NCBI GenBank assembly: GCA_033764315.1
Contig: JANRJA010000134.1
Location: forward strand, 1-17,368
Direction of reading: 5' to 3'
From: Oculatellaceae cyanobacterium bins.114
GTDB lineage: Bacteria; Cyanobacteriota; Cyanobacteriia; Elainellales; Elainellaceae
DNA: 17,368 nucleotides
Within the stretch, counting starts at the first letter, position 1; each line of letters begins with the position of its first letter. A model generated the notes under the pieces. The model was not told the origin of the DNA. It saw only the letters and a list, made by a program, of their open reading frames with translations, and did not search any database. Of this stretch, positions 1-8,998 are shown one piece after another. The position numbers and the translations under genes are program-made.

Positions 1-2316
1 CCCTTCCTGTTGCCAAAATAGCTCAATGCCGTGATCGTGATGTTGAATGCGGAACCGATCGAGTCGGTGATCGCCATATCCATCTCCCGCATCGGTATAC
101 ATCACAGCTTCACTCACGCCTTGGGTAGGAGGATAAATATGCAGCGTCAGATGATTGCCCTCCTCCATTGGCAACAGACTACCTGCTTTGACAAACAGGG
201 GCATTTGTTCTAATGGGGAGGCGATCGCCTGAGTAGTGCCACCGTCGATTAGGGTGTCATCCCAAAAGTTGTACCACTGTCCTTTCGGAAAGGTGACTGA
301 GCGCGATCGCCCACCTTCTTCACTAACCGGACACACCATCAGCGCATCCCCCAGCAAAAAGGCATCGTCCAGATCCCACAGGCTCGCATCATCAGGATCC
401 GCCCAAAACACAGGACGCACCGGAGGATGACCTGTTTGCGTCGCTTCCCAAGACAACGTATAAAAGTAGGGCAGCAAGCGATAGCGCAACTTTAAAAACT
501 GGCGAATAATGCTAAGCGTTGGCTCACCATAAGTCCAGGGGCTACGATGCTCAACGTTGTTCGATGAGTGAGTCCGGCAAAACGTGAGAAAGCTCGACAT
601 TTGGAACCAGCGCAAATAAAGCTCTGCACTGGGATTACCCTGAAATCCACCAATATCAGGACCACTATAGGGAATGCCCGATAAGCCTAAACCTATCACG
701 GTAGACATGGTCTGACGCAAAGCCGCCCAGGTACATTCGATATCACCTGTCCACGTCCAGGCATAGCGTTGTAGCCCTGCCCAACCCGCACGCGAGATGA
801 GGAAGGGGCGACGATAAGGGCGATATTGACACAAGCTCTCATACGCTGCCTTAGATTGCAACATGCCGTAGACATTGTGTGCCTCCAGATGGTCGCCCCC
901 CCGTCCTTCCATAAAGTGTCGCGTCACCTTCGGCAAAGAGCGATCGCCCCACAAAATAAATGCCGCAGGTTCATTCATGTCATGCCAAAAACCTGCTACA
1001 CCAACATCTAGCAAGTATTGATATTGCCGACTCCACCACTTCCGCACAACGGGATTGGTGAAATCAGGGAACACACACCAACCGGGCCACACAGGGCCAG
1101 AGGCGAGTTCTCCATTCGGTAGTTTACAGAAAGCATCCAGCACCTGCCCTTCTAAAAATAGGTTGCTCTTGCGGCTATATTTGATGCCGGGATTGAGAAT
1201 GGTGATGAACTGCACTCCATGTACTGCCAGTTCTTGAATGAAGCTTTGGAGTTTGGGAAAGCGTTTGGGATCAATCGTGAAGGCTCGAAAGCCTACCTGC
1301 ACATCAATATCTAGGTGAATGGCACTCAACGGCAAATCATTCGCTTCAAAGTCCTGGTACGTTTTCCGCAGAGATTGCTCATTGTTATAACCCCACTTCG
1401 ATTGGTGATAGCCCAACGCCCAACGAGGAGGTAAGGGCGATCGCCCAGTTAGCTCGGTATACCGTTCCACCAAATGCGACACGGTGCCTGTGGTGAAGTA
1501 ATAGCGCAGCGCACCACCCTCAAACGCTGCCGTTGCCACCTGATCATCAAAGGTAAAGCGAGAGTCAAACGAGTTCTCGTAAAAAACCAGGTATTTGCCC
1601 TGTTGATGAAACCCCAGATACACTGGGACGCTTAGATATAGCGGATCGGCACCGGGGCCAAACATGCCCGCTGCATCATAGTTCCACATGCGAAAGGTTT
1701 TGGGCTGATCGGTCACTTCGCCCTTCTCAGTTAACTCTCTCGCTGATCGCAGGTTTAGTGGCATGATGCGTTCGCCTAACCCATAGATATGTTCTTCAGA
1801 GCGCAATTTGGCTTGATGAGTCCAGCCATTACCCGGTTTTTGGGGAGGCAATTCTTCTCGCAATACCTGTCCATGTGCATCGACAAAGGTTACATGTCCC
1901 TCATCGCTAATCGAGACGTGCAATCCATCAACACCCGCTGTGCTGATACTAGAAACAGCCCATCCCTGCTCAGTTTGCTCTAGTGTTGTAGTTACCGCAT
2001 CCCACTCAGAACGAGCGATCGCGTAGGGAACAGGTAACAGCCCCGGTCGCCAATTGACCCGGACAAAATCGGGAGTCAAAAACGTGATTTCTAACTCAGC
2101 GTACTCAAAATAAAACTGAGCACCCCGATCCGTTGCCTCGGCACTCAATAGTTTTCCAGGTTGATCAACTGTTTCAATAGGAAATGGGTTTTTAGTCTGA
2201 CGTTCAACGCGATCGCGACGACGCGAATAAACCCATCCATAGGGAGCATAAGTTAAATAAAACAGACTTCCTGTAAAGAACTTCCATTTCAGCGATAACT
2301 CTTTTAAGAAACTCAT
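1..2316 (-). CDS. Glycoside hydrolase family 31 (alpha-glucosidase-like), 3' end beyond the window start
   Basis: Not in the ORF track because there is no stop in the window. Manual translation from ATG at 2316 gives MSFLKELSLKWKFF... Segments read at the start, middle and end are in one frame and include the GH31 nucleophile motif GFWHDMNEPA (~993-964), the acid/base motif RYAWTWTGD (~769-743) and a C-terminal YTDAGDGYG. 772 codons lie in the window. Confidence 0.93.
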   Translation of the reverse strand, partial: MSFLKELSLKWKFFTGSLFYLTYAPYGWVYSRRRDRVERQTKNPFPIETVDQPGKLLSAEATDRGAQFYFEYAELEITFLTPDFVRVNWRPGLLPVPYAIARSEWDAVTTTLEQTEQGWAVSSISTAGVDGLHVSISDEGHVTFVDAHGQVLREELPPQKPGNGWTHQAKLRSEEHIYGLGERIMPLNLRSARELTEKGEVTDQPKTFRMWNYDAAGMFGPGADPLYLSVPVYLGFHQQGKYLVFYENSFDSRFTFDDQVATAAFEGGALRYYFTTGTVSHLVERYTELTGRSPLPPRWALGYHQSKWGYNNEQSLRKTYQDFEANDLPLSAIHLDIDVQVGFRAFTIDPKRFPKLQSFIQELAVHGVQFITILNPGIKYSRKSNLFLEGQVLDAFCKLPNGELASGPVWPGWCVFPDFTNPVVRKWWSRQYQYLLDVGVAGFWHDMNEPAAFILWGDRSLPKVTRHFMEGRGGDHLEAHNVYGMLQSKAAYESLCQYRPYRRPFLISRAGWAGLQRYAWTWTGDIECTWAALRQTMSTVIGLGLSGIPYSGPDIGGFQGNPSAELYLRWFQMSSFLTFCRTHSSNNVEHRSPWTYGEPTLSIIRQFLKLRYRLLPYFYTLSWEATQTGHPPVRPVFWADPDDASLWDLDDAFLLGDALMVCPVSEEGGRSRSVTFPKGQWYNFWDDTLIDGGTTQAIASPLEQMPLFVKAGSLLPMEEGNHLTLHIYPPTQGVSEAVMYTDAGDGYGDHRLDRFRIQHHDHGIELFWQQEG

Positions 2317-2565
2317 GATAATAAGCCAGGTATGGTGAGCAAGGAATGGATTGAGTGAGCAACACTGTTTCCAAATTAGTACCGCTGTGCGTTAGACTCA
2401 GTGACCGTTCTATTAGAAAAACACTTGACTGAAAACTTGAATCAACCATTCCTTTTTTCACGTTTTTTTCACTTAAAAATCATCTTTCTAGAGTCAGAGT
2501 TTATTCAATCAGACGTAAAAAGAATAGAACATACGCTAAATTGTGTATCCGCGTTAACAAAAGCT

Positions 2566-2609
2566 TCTGTCGCTCTACAGATATCGGAATACTGACAAGT
2601 TTCTAGAGT
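2566..2609 (+). promoter_or_regulatory. Putative activator box TCTGTCGCTCTACAGA plus -10 TAGAGT (22-nt spacer) for the DUF2993 gene
   Basis: Box at 2566-2581, -10 at 2604-2609. The same geometry recurs upstream of seven other genes. A second strong box, TCTTTCTAGAGTCAGA, lies at 2483-2498. Confidence 0.55.
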
Positions 2610-2638
2610 GATCAACACAACCCATAGGAGCTTTACTA

Positions 2639-3427
2639 ATGTCAGATGAGTTAGGGTCAGACGAGTTAAGGTCAGATGAGCCAAAGCTAGAAGAAAGGGC
2701 GATCGCTCAAATGGTTGAAGCTGGGTTATCTAGCCAGGTTGAAGTTGCAGATGACATTTCCGTTGATGTTCATACCGATTTGTTGCAAGCTGCTCAAGGA
2801 CAAGTTGAAACAACTTCTATTAAGGGCAAAGGATTGGTGGTGCAAGAAGGCATTCGTCTAGAAGAAGTTGAGATCCAAACCGATCGCGTTGCGATTAATC
2901 CGATTGCTCTGCTATTTGGGCAACTCAAACTCAAACAACCCCTCAACTCAACCGTTCGTGTTGTTCTCACGGAGTCAGATCTAAACAATGCAGCGAACTC
3001 AGACGTATTTATTCAAAACTTGCCTAGCCTAACGCTGGAGGTTCAAGGACAACCCGTTCGCTTAAGTCTACAAGCTCCCCTGACCCTGCGTTTACCTGCT
3101 GAGGAGACGTTAAAGGTGTCCGGTCAGGTGATTATTCACGAGAGCGATCGCGAAGAAATTCTTTGCTTCAAAGTGGTCATGTCGCCTCGTCTACACGAAC
3201 AACTGCTGTTGCAGGAGTTTTGCTGTGAACCTGGAAAACGCATCTCACTGGATTTGGCGATCGCCCTGATGCAGTGGATTAATGAATGGATCAAAGCACC
3301 TTATATTGAGATAGCAGGCGTGGCGTGTCGAATTAATGATCTCAAGTTGCAGCAAGGACAGTTAGAGATGACCGTAGAAGCACACGTCGATCAAATTCCT
3401 GACTCCAACAATCTCCGCTCAATCTAG
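2639..3427 (+). CDS. DUF2993 / LmeA-like phospholipid-binding domain protein
   Basis: 262-aa ORF with AGGAG RBS upstream. Patterns 'DLLQAAQGQV', 'VAINP..LLFGQLKLKQP' and 'RVVLTESDLN' are typical of cyanobacterial DUF2993 proteins. Confidence 0.75.
   Translation: MSDELGSDELRSDEPKLEERAIAQMVEAGLSSQVEVADDISVDVHTDLLQAAQGQVETTSIKGKGLVVQEGIRLEEVEIQTDRVAINPIALLFGQLKLKQPLNSTVRVVLTESDLNNAANSDVFIQNLPSLTLEVQGQPVRLSLQAPLTLRLPAEETLKVSGQVIIHESDREEILCFKVVMSPRLHEQLLLQEFCCEPGKRISLDLAIALMQWINEWIKAPYIEIAGVACRINDLKLQQGQLEMTVEAHVDQIPDSNNLRSI
2641..2685 (+). repeat. Three tandem 15-bp units in frame at the start of the DUF2993 gene (SDELG/SDELR/SDEPK)
   Basis: gtcagatgagttagg / gtcagacgagttaag / gtcagatgagccaaa. 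Confidence 0.75.
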
Positions 3428-3442
3428 CAGCAGCCAACCCCA

Positions 3443-4081
3443 TCAGGTTGACTGAGCGAGCGTTTGAGGTGCATGTACCACCATCTCTAAAGCATTACAC
3501 GCCATCACTAAAAAGGGGGTTGTTAAGCCCATGTCAAAAAATGGGCTGTTGTCTGGCACATTTAATTCAGCTCCTGCGATCGCAAAATTAGCAGAGGCTT
3601 GACCAGCAAATAGCAACACCCGATGGTCTAATGTACTGAAAGCTTGTCCTGCAATTGGTTGTCGCCACAGGGGAAGTTGCCAATCAGAACGAAATGTACA
3701 CAGCAGGCGATCGCCTTGCTGCACTTTGCAATAGTGATACTGATTCTGCTCCCAAGTAAACTGAGCTAACTCTTTGGGTAATCCCCAAATTTCACGCCCA
3801 CCTGCAACCGAGATGGGGTTGTCAACATAAATATGAGAAACCCATGCTCCTATTTTGCCTGCATAATTCACCAACCCCGCAATCACAATTAATTCGTTGT
3901 ATTCCAAAATTGAACCCTTTACATAGGAAGATAAATAGACTCCACCGAGAGTGTAATTAGGAAACACTGAGACAATTTCAAATGCATCAGGTATCAAAGA
4001 TCGAACTTGATTATTAGGTAACAGTTGAACACTTTGATAAGCGTAGCCTCGAAGCAACCAGGGTACTAATGGATAAGTCAT
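3443..4081 (-). CDS. Acetoacetate decarboxylase-like family protein
   Basis: 212-aa ORF with N-terminal YP..PW.L.G, a 'LEYNELIV' segment and the family signature 'GGREIWGLPKELA' containing the Schiff-base Lys. Confidence 0.85.
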   Translation of the reverse strand: MTYPLVPWLLRGYAYQSVQLLPNNQVRSLIPDAFEIVSVFPNYTLGGVYLSSYVKGSILEYNELIVIAGLVNYAGKIGAWVSHIYVDNPISVAGGREIWGLPKELAQFTWEQNQYHYCKVQQGDRLLCTFRSDWQLPLWRQPIAGQAFSTLDHRVLLFAGQASANFAIAGAELNVPDNSPFFDMGLTTPFLVMACNALEMVVHAPQTLAQST

Positions 4082-4346
4082 TTTTAGACACTCACCTAAA
4101 TTTTGTTATGGGTTCAGAGCAGGACAATTTTATTCTTTTTTCAATAGCTTAACTTAAACGCTTAACCTAAATAAATTCAAACCCCCAAACCTTAAATTAA
4201 CAATCAATTGAAATGGATGAATTGCAAGCTCTGCAATGAATTACACCCATCTCACAAAGAACAAGATTTGAATAAATTGCTTTCAAAAAAATATGAGTAT
4301 TACTTTACAACAATCTTTACTCTGTCAAATAATTATCTTTGATTAG

Positions 4347-4414
4347 TCTTTCTTTAGAAGGTTGCAGGTGTCACTCATAGGGAAGATGAAGCTTAACAAA
4401 GCATTGTCTACTGT
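4347..4414 (+). promoter_or_regulatory. Tandem putative activator boxes (4347-4362, 4371-4386) plus -10 TACTGT (4409-4414) for the first PRC/DUF2382 gene
   Basis: TCACTCATAGGGAAGA, 22 nt, then TACTGT. The upstream box read on the minus strand (ACCTTCTAAAGAAAGA) is 22 nt from CAGAGT and may serve the divergent gene. Confidence 0.5.
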
Positions 4415-4458
4415 TAGATATAAGTCTGTATTACTGTGATTAGAAGAGGAGAATCTTC

Positions 4459-5379
4459 ATGGCACTTTATAAACTCAGAGACTTCAATCCTGATTACCGA
4501 AACTATTTCGATAATCAAGATATATTGTCATTTGATTTGTACAATGACAATGATAAAGTTGGTTCAATTGATGAACTTTTGGTAGACGAAGAAGGACGTT
4601 TTCGTTACTTCGTAATCAACACCGGAGTTTGGGTATTTGGTAAGAAGGTGTTGTTGCCAATTGGTCAATCTCGCATCTCCTACAGCGATCGCCGTGTTTA
4701 TGTTGACAGCTTAACTCGTGATCAAGTTGAGCATTTGCCTGAATTCAACAACGACATGCTGGTTGATTATGACTACGAAGAAAACGTTCGTGGAGTTTAC
4801 CGTCGCCCATCAACCTCTACCGCTGAAACAGGAGCAACTGCTGATTACGGTCGCACCATAGAATCAACTGGAGCAGTAGATACCTCTGCTAACATGGCAG
4901 CAACTCCAGGCATGTACGATCGCGACACCTATAGCTACGAGCGCGATGCTGACCTATATAACATGAATGAGCGAGATCACCAGAACCTCCGATTGTATGA
5001 AGAGCGGTTGATTGCTAACAAAACCCGTCAAAAGACTGGGGAAGTAGCTGTCGGCAAGCGTGTGGAAACTGAGAGAGCAAACGTTGAAGTTCCCATCGAT
5101 AAAGAGCGTGTTGTTATCGAGCGGGGCAATGTAACTAGTTCAGATCGAGCAGTTGCACCAGGTGAAGCAACATTTACAGAAGGTGAGGTTGCTCGTATGG
5201 AAGTTTACGAAGAAGTTCCTGACATCCGCAAAGAAGCGTATGTCCGTGAGGAAGTTAACGTACGCAAAGAAGTGGATCACGACCGAGCCACGGCTGAAGA
5301 TGAAATCCGTCGTGAGCGATTGGATGTGCAGACTCAGGGAAATCCAGTAGTGGATAAGCGTCCTGAAGATCGCATCTAG
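4459..5379 (+). CDS. PRC-barrel + DUF2382 (YsnF/AvaK) domain protein
   Basis: 306 aa with GAGGAG RBS. N-terminal PRC-barrel 'KVGSIDELLVDEEGRFRYFVINTG.W.FGKKVLLPIG'; C-terminal DUF2382 'LRLYEERLIANKTRQKTGEVAVGKRVETE...KEAYVREEV'. Confidence 0.9.
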   Translation: MALYKLRDFNPDYRNYFDNQDILSFDLYNDNDKVGSIDELLVDEEGRFRYFVINTGVWVFGKKVLLPIGQSRISYSDRRVYVDSLTRDQVEHLPEFNNDMLVDYDYEENVRGVYRRPSTSTAETGATADYGRTIESTGAVDTSANMAATPGMYDRDTYSYERDADLYNMNERDHQNLRLYEERLIANKTRQKTGEVAVGKRVETERANVEVPIDKERVVIERGNVTSSDRAVAPGEATFTEGEVARMEVYEEVPDIRKEAYVREEVNVRKEVDHDRATAEDEIRRERLDVQTQGNPVVDKRPEDRI

Positions 5380-5451
5380 GATAGTTAATGAGCCGTATCA
5401 CTAAAACGATACGTAGCCGTTTCCCTCTAGAGGTGACCTCCTAACTAAAAC

Positions 5452-5492
5452 AACCCTCATTCCATTACTACTTTTGTTGTGGAGTGAGGGTT
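5452..5492 (+). terminator. Stem-loop downstream of the first PRC/DUF2382 gene (terminator or stabilising hairpin)
   Basis: AACCCTCATTCCA (5452-5464) pairs with TGGAGTGAGGGTT (5480-5492); the U-tract is weak. Confidence 0.5.
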
Positions 5493-5613
5493 ATCTTGCA
5501 ATTTGCGTTCATCTAGCATTGTTGTGCAACTCAAGAGTTGATTAAGACAGACGCAGGGGCTTCATGATCGCTCAGGTCAAAAGCTGGCCCTTGCAAGCTC
5601 CCACACTCTCTTA

Positions 5614-5682
5614 TATAGCAGTCCTAAATCATTTGTGAAATTAGGAGGTTGTGAGAGTCGCACCCCATTTAGGATGGCTATA
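5614..5682. mobile_element. MITE-like element, type 1, internally deleted copy
   Basis: Termini TATAGCAGTCCTAAAT ... ATTTAGGATGGCTATA. Internal GGTTGTGAGAGTCGCACCCC is identical to the copy at 17319, but the second arm of the hairpin is missing. Confidence 0.7.
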
Positions 5683-5706
5683 TCAACTAATTTGACAGTT
5701 GCTATA
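5679..5706. mobile_element. Minimal remnant of a type 2 MITE-like element sharing a TATA with the preceding copy
   Basis: TATATCAACTAATTTGACAGTTGCTATA closely matches 9669-9696, TGTATCAACTGTTTTGACAGTTGATATA. Confidence 0.5.
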
Positions 5707-5770
5707 GCTCTACTTCCTGATGCTGCATTTAACTCGTTTTATCAAGCCACTCAATACTCTGGAGAATCAT

Positions 5771-6820
5771 ATGACCCTTCTCAGACTTAATGAATTAGAT
5801 CCCCGTCATCGTAGAACTGTTCGAGGAAAAGATATTCGTCAGTTTCAGATCTATTCCAATCAGAATCAGCTTGTTGGTAAAGTGACGGATGCTCTATTAG
5901 ACAAAGCAGGTCAATTTTATTATTTGATTGCTGATATACAGTCACCAAAAGTATCGAATCATGTGCTCATTCCACTTCGGCAAACAAGAGTCGATTTAGA
6001 AGGGGAACGGGTCTATTTAAGTGGTTTAGATGCCACCCAAATTACAGAGCTACCAACCTACGATATCCATGATGCTCACCTGATTGGTAGCTTCAATACA
6101 ACCCAGAACAAATCAACGGGTTACACCACCGATTCTCCTGTTTTAGTGCTCGAAGGCTCTGCCCCACTAGAGGCGTCCCTGTCTTTAGAGTCAGTCACGC
6201 CTTTAGAAGCCCAAGTGGTCAAACTGGTTCGTCCGGTCACTACGCCGATCACCACCTCACCAACAACCGTTAGCTCGCCTTTACCAACGCCTCCTGACAG
6301 CCAGTCAACTTCACCTGAAGAGATTAGCTTAGAACAAATGATTCTTCCTAAAAGGTATGAGTCTGGACAGTCGCCTCTAGCCACTAGCTCTTCTACTAGC
6401 TCTGATGTTTTAGACGAGCAAACCATTCGTTTGCTGGAGGAACGGTTACAAGTCAACCTACAAAAACGTAAGGTTGGTGAGGTCATTGTTCGTAAAGAAA
6501 TTGAAACGCAAATCATTGAAGTTCCAATTCGTCGAGAACGGCTTGTAGTTGAACAGATCAGCCCAGAGCATAAGCAACTTGCCGTGATTGATCTGTCACA
6601 AGGAGACTTAGAGGGTGTTGAGTTGACTACAAGTTCGACTCGATCTACTGTCAATGCCCCGCAGCTTCCTAACATCTCTTCCAATGTTGCGAGTAATGAG
6701 TTTTCTTCTCTTGAGGCAGCAATTGAGTTTTTAAGGGCGATCGCTAATCAATCTCAGTCTAATAATATCAGACAAGTCCAAATTCAGCTAATTTCAGATG
6801 CTCAAACAGCGCATCTATGA
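5771..6820 (+). CDS. PRC-barrel + DUF2382 (YsnF/AvaK) domain protein, second paralog with a Ser/Thr/Pro-rich linker
   Basis: The ORF track starts at 5720, but ATG 5771 follows GGAG and gives MTLLRLNELDP, matching the paralog's MALYKLRDFNP. PRC-barrel 'LVGKVTDALLDKAGQFYYLI'; DUF2382 'IRLLEERLQVNLQKRKVGEVIVRKEIET'. Confidence 0.85.
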   Translation: MTLLRLNELDPRHRRTVRGKDIRQFQIYSNQNQLVGKVTDALLDKAGQFYYLIADIQSPKVSNHVLIPLRQTRVDLEGERVYLSGLDATQITELPTYDIHDAHLIGSFNTTQNKSTGYTTDSPVLVLEGSAPLEASLSLESVTPLEAQVVKLVRPVTTPITTSPTTVSSPLPTPPDSQSTSPEEISLEQMILPKRYESGQSPLATSSSTSSDVLDEQTIRLLEERLQVNLQKRKVGEVIVRKEIETQIIEVPIRRERLVVEQISPEHKQLAVIDLSQGDLEGVELTTSSTRSTVNAPQLPNISSNVASNEFSSLEAAIEFLRAIANQSQSNNIRQVQIQLISDAQTAHL

Positions 6821-6834
6821 CAGAAACTGATTCA

Positions 6835-6877
6835 TCAAAAAGCACCTTCTCTCGTATTAAGGGAAGGTGCTTTTTGA
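6835..6877. terminator. Bidirectional rho-independent terminator between convergent genes
   Basis: TCAAAAAGCACCTTCTCT-CGTATTA-AGGGAAGGTGCTTTTTGA, with A and T tracts on the two sides. Confidence 0.8.
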
Positions 6878-6910
6878 GCCAATATTGACGCTAAAGACAG
6901 AGAATAAGAC

Positions 6911-7543
6911 TTACGAATTTACAACTGTTGTTGTGCGGGGATGACGAGTCCCGACAGAAGCTCCTACCAAAGAAGCTACTAAACCTAACAGAGAACCTAG
7001 AGCAAACGACCAACCTACTTTTGCCGCATTACCAGCTGCATCCCGCGTTTGATCTGCGGTTACATTTGGATCAACACCACTTGGAGTAACACCACTGTTT
7101 TGAGCCTGATTAATAATTTCTCCAGCGTTAGAAGCCAGAATACCAAATGCACCAGAAACACCACTGGCTAACAACCAAGCACTAATGGCTAAAGTAGTAG
7201 CCCACAAAATCGCGCCATTCAACAAAGCGGTACTACGATTCATGGGTCCGCAAGCACGAGCCGTAACCCAACCACCCAAAAACAGAGAAATTAATAGACT
7301 AATAATTGACCAAATACCAACACCTAGTCCTACATCGCCTGCATCTGAACGGGGTGCACCAGAGCCTGCTAGTGTGGTCAATCCAATAGCTGCACCTATT
7401 CCTGTTAATACTAACTGGCTACTTAAAGCAACAACTAATCCACCTAAGATAGGTCCCCAACGAACGCGATCATGATAGTCGGCAACGGCAACTGTCGGGG
7501 CAGTCTCTACTACTCGCCCTACTGGTCTATCTGTATAAGACAT
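6911..7543 (-). CDS. Conserved 4-TM membrane protein ('DRVRWGPI' type), function unknown
   Basis: 210 aa with four Gly/Ala-rich hydrophobic segments and an N-terminal 'DYHDRVRWGPILGG' motif. Confidence 0.8.
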   Translation of the reverse strand: MSYTDRPVGRVVETAPTVAVADYHDRVRWGPILGGLVVALSSQLVLTGIGAAIGLTTLAGSGAPRSDAGDVGLGVGIWSIISLLISLFLGGWVTARACGPMNRSTALLNGAILWATTLAISAWLLASGVSGAFGILASNAGEIINQAQNSGVTPSGVDPNVTADQTRDAAGNAAKVGWSFALGSLLGLVASLVGASVGTRHPRTTTVVNS

Positions 7544-7606
7544 AACTTCCTTAGTCTCCCTATTCCGAGGTTATCTGAGAATCACTTTTTCAGTGTGTTT
7601 GCCTCA

Positions 7607-7651
7607 ACTTTAGAAGTATAGATAGGAATCTCACATCTCCCCTTGGAAGTA
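7607..7651 (-). promoter_or_regulatory. Putative activator box TACTTCCAAGGGGAGA plus -10 TAAAGT (23-nt spacer)
   Basis: Box 7651-7636 and -10 7612-7607 on the minus strand, upstream of the 7543 start. Confidence 0.5.
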
Positions 7652-7821
7652 GAAAAACCGGGATCAAATCATATCAATTCTTAACTTAAGAATTACTCTC
7701 AATTCCAATTATTTCTATACATAAAATAGTCATTTAGTCGTGTTTCAAGAAACTCATGGACATGACATATCGTTTTCCATAGAAACTCTATTCAACTGGT
7801 GGATAGACAGAGTTATCCAAC

Positions 7822-7914
7822 GATTGCAATCCTATTTAATTTGTGTAAAGGCTATTTGTGAAAGTACCACCCTTTGAGCCAACACTTTCATAAACAATTT
7901 AGGATTGTCATATA
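7822..7914. mobile_element. Degenerate type 1 MITE-like copy
   Basis: GCAATCCTATTTAATTTGTG ... ATTTAGGATTGTCATATA; length similar to the intact copies. Confidence 0.45.
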
Positions 7915-8042
7915 AAATATTCTTTCAACTGATCACGACTTAAATAACTCATCAAAACCTTTACCAAACCTGGAGTTTAGAAAATGTAACTTCTTTGTCT
8001 TACAATACTGAATTAGAAATTTAAATTGGTTGACAGTTTTCT

Positions 8043-8510
8043 ATGAAATTTTCTTTACCACTTTCTTTACTAATTGCTACTTGCATTGCCATTCCACTGG
8101 TTGGACTACATAGTTTTTTGCCAGTCTCAGATTCAAAAGGATTTGCCCATGAAACTGAAATATCGGGCAACGTAGGTGGGACGATGCATATTGAGCCAAA
8201 TGACAACCCTCGTGCAGGTACCCCTGCCCTCACCTGGTTTGCATTACGGACTAGAGGAGGGCAAAACATTCAATTATCGGCCTGTCATTGTGAATTAGCA
8301 ATTTATGCTCAACCCCATAGAGCAGGACAATCTCCAATTCAACGTCCTGCATTGAGAGCTGTATCTCAAGAAGGTTATGAAGGCATTCCTGGGGCCGATA
8401 TCAACTTTGCGCGAGCGGGAGGTTACGAGTTGATTTTACGAGGACGCCCCGTTCGACATGGGGCTTTCTCTCCATTTGAATTGCGATTTTCTGTGATTGT
8501 CGCTCGTTAA
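8043..8510 (+). CDS. Secreted/periplasmic hypothetical protein, possible metal-binding His at the mature N-terminus
   Basis: 155 aa with a hydrophobic signal-like N-terminus and 'GFA-HETE' candidate cleavage site, followed by 'GGTMHIEPNDNPRAG'. Its stop overlaps the stop of the convergent gene (TTAA, 8507-8510). Confidence 0.7.
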   Translation: MKFSLPLSLLIATCIAIPLVGLHSFLPVSDSKGFAHETEISGNVGGTMHIEPNDNPRAGTPALTWFALRTRGGQNIQLSACHCELAIYAQPHRAGQSPIQRPALRAVSQEGYEGIPGADINFARAGGYELILRGRPVRHGAFSPFELRFSVIVAR

Positions 8511-8917
8511 ACGAATCGTTCTGAAATTGGATAAATCGTCAACTCGTTATAACCCGTCATTTGATCAGATTCACGCTGAAATCTCAGATGAGGGAGAACA
8601 CCGATCACAATTTCAGCCGTGGTATATACCAAACAACCCTCCAACAGATGTCCTCCTCGTAGATTGCCACTATCATCAGCGATCGCCATATGATAGTGGG
8701 AGCCATAACAAGACATAACCCCCACTAAAGAAACGATTTCAAAGTGTCCTTGATAAACCGTTGCATTCGACTGATTAGCAAACCGCAATGTCACTTGAGT
8801 CAAACTACCAACACAGGTCAAAATGCAAGCGGCGTCTAGGGCTTGCATCCTAACAAACTGATCTAATTCGGTCTTTAAATCTTGTTGGGGAGTAAGACGT
8901 AATGCTACAGCGTGCAT
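8507..8917 (-). CDS. PPC domain (DUF296 / AF0104-like) protein
   Basis: 136 aa with motifs 'ALRLTPQQDL', 'CVGSL', 'FEIVSLVG', 'HYHMAIAD', 'GGHL' and 'YTTAEIVI'. Confidence 0.9.
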   Translation of the reverse strand: MHAVALRLTPQQDLKTELDQFVRMQALDAACILTCVGSLTQVTLRFANQSNATVYQGHFEIVSLVGVMSCYGSHYHMAIADDSGNLRGGHLLEGCLVYTTAEIVIGVLPHLRFQRESDQMTGYNELTIYPISERFV

Positions 8918-8998
8918 TGTTGAATGATTAGTTAAATGACTAATCTAGCTACTTAGCTTTTACTCTCACACACCCGTCGATCGTCGTCAATCAGCAAC

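Noticed and set aside
31..1983. Five short plus-strand ORFs (31-213, 236-430, 826-1011, 1055-1237, 1789-1983)
   Set aside because: Antisense shadows of the GH31 gene with no recognisable motifs.
2377..2420. Possible regulon box for GH31 (TTTTCTAATAGAACGG, 23 nt, TACTAA on the minus strand)
   Set aside because: It lacks the invariant C6 and a proper TAnnnT, so it is too weak to count.
2204..2595. ORFs 2204-2461 (-) and 2401-2595 (+)
   Set aside because: The first overlaps the GH31 start out of frame; the second spans the divergent promoter region. Neither looks protein-like.
5521..5612. Possible IS200/IS605 (tnpB) right-end remnant around CAAGCTCCCAC
   Set aside because: Only a vague short resemblance, with no complementary arm and no tnpB coding remnant. 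An ISfinder search would be needed.
6121..6684. 187-aa minus-strand ORF
   Set aside because: Wholly antisense to the second PRC/DUF2382 gene, with no motif.
7985..8004. TGTAA-N10-TTACA as an NtcA site
   Set aside because: The GTA to TAC spacing is 12 nt, not the required 8. Kept only as an unassigned palindrome.
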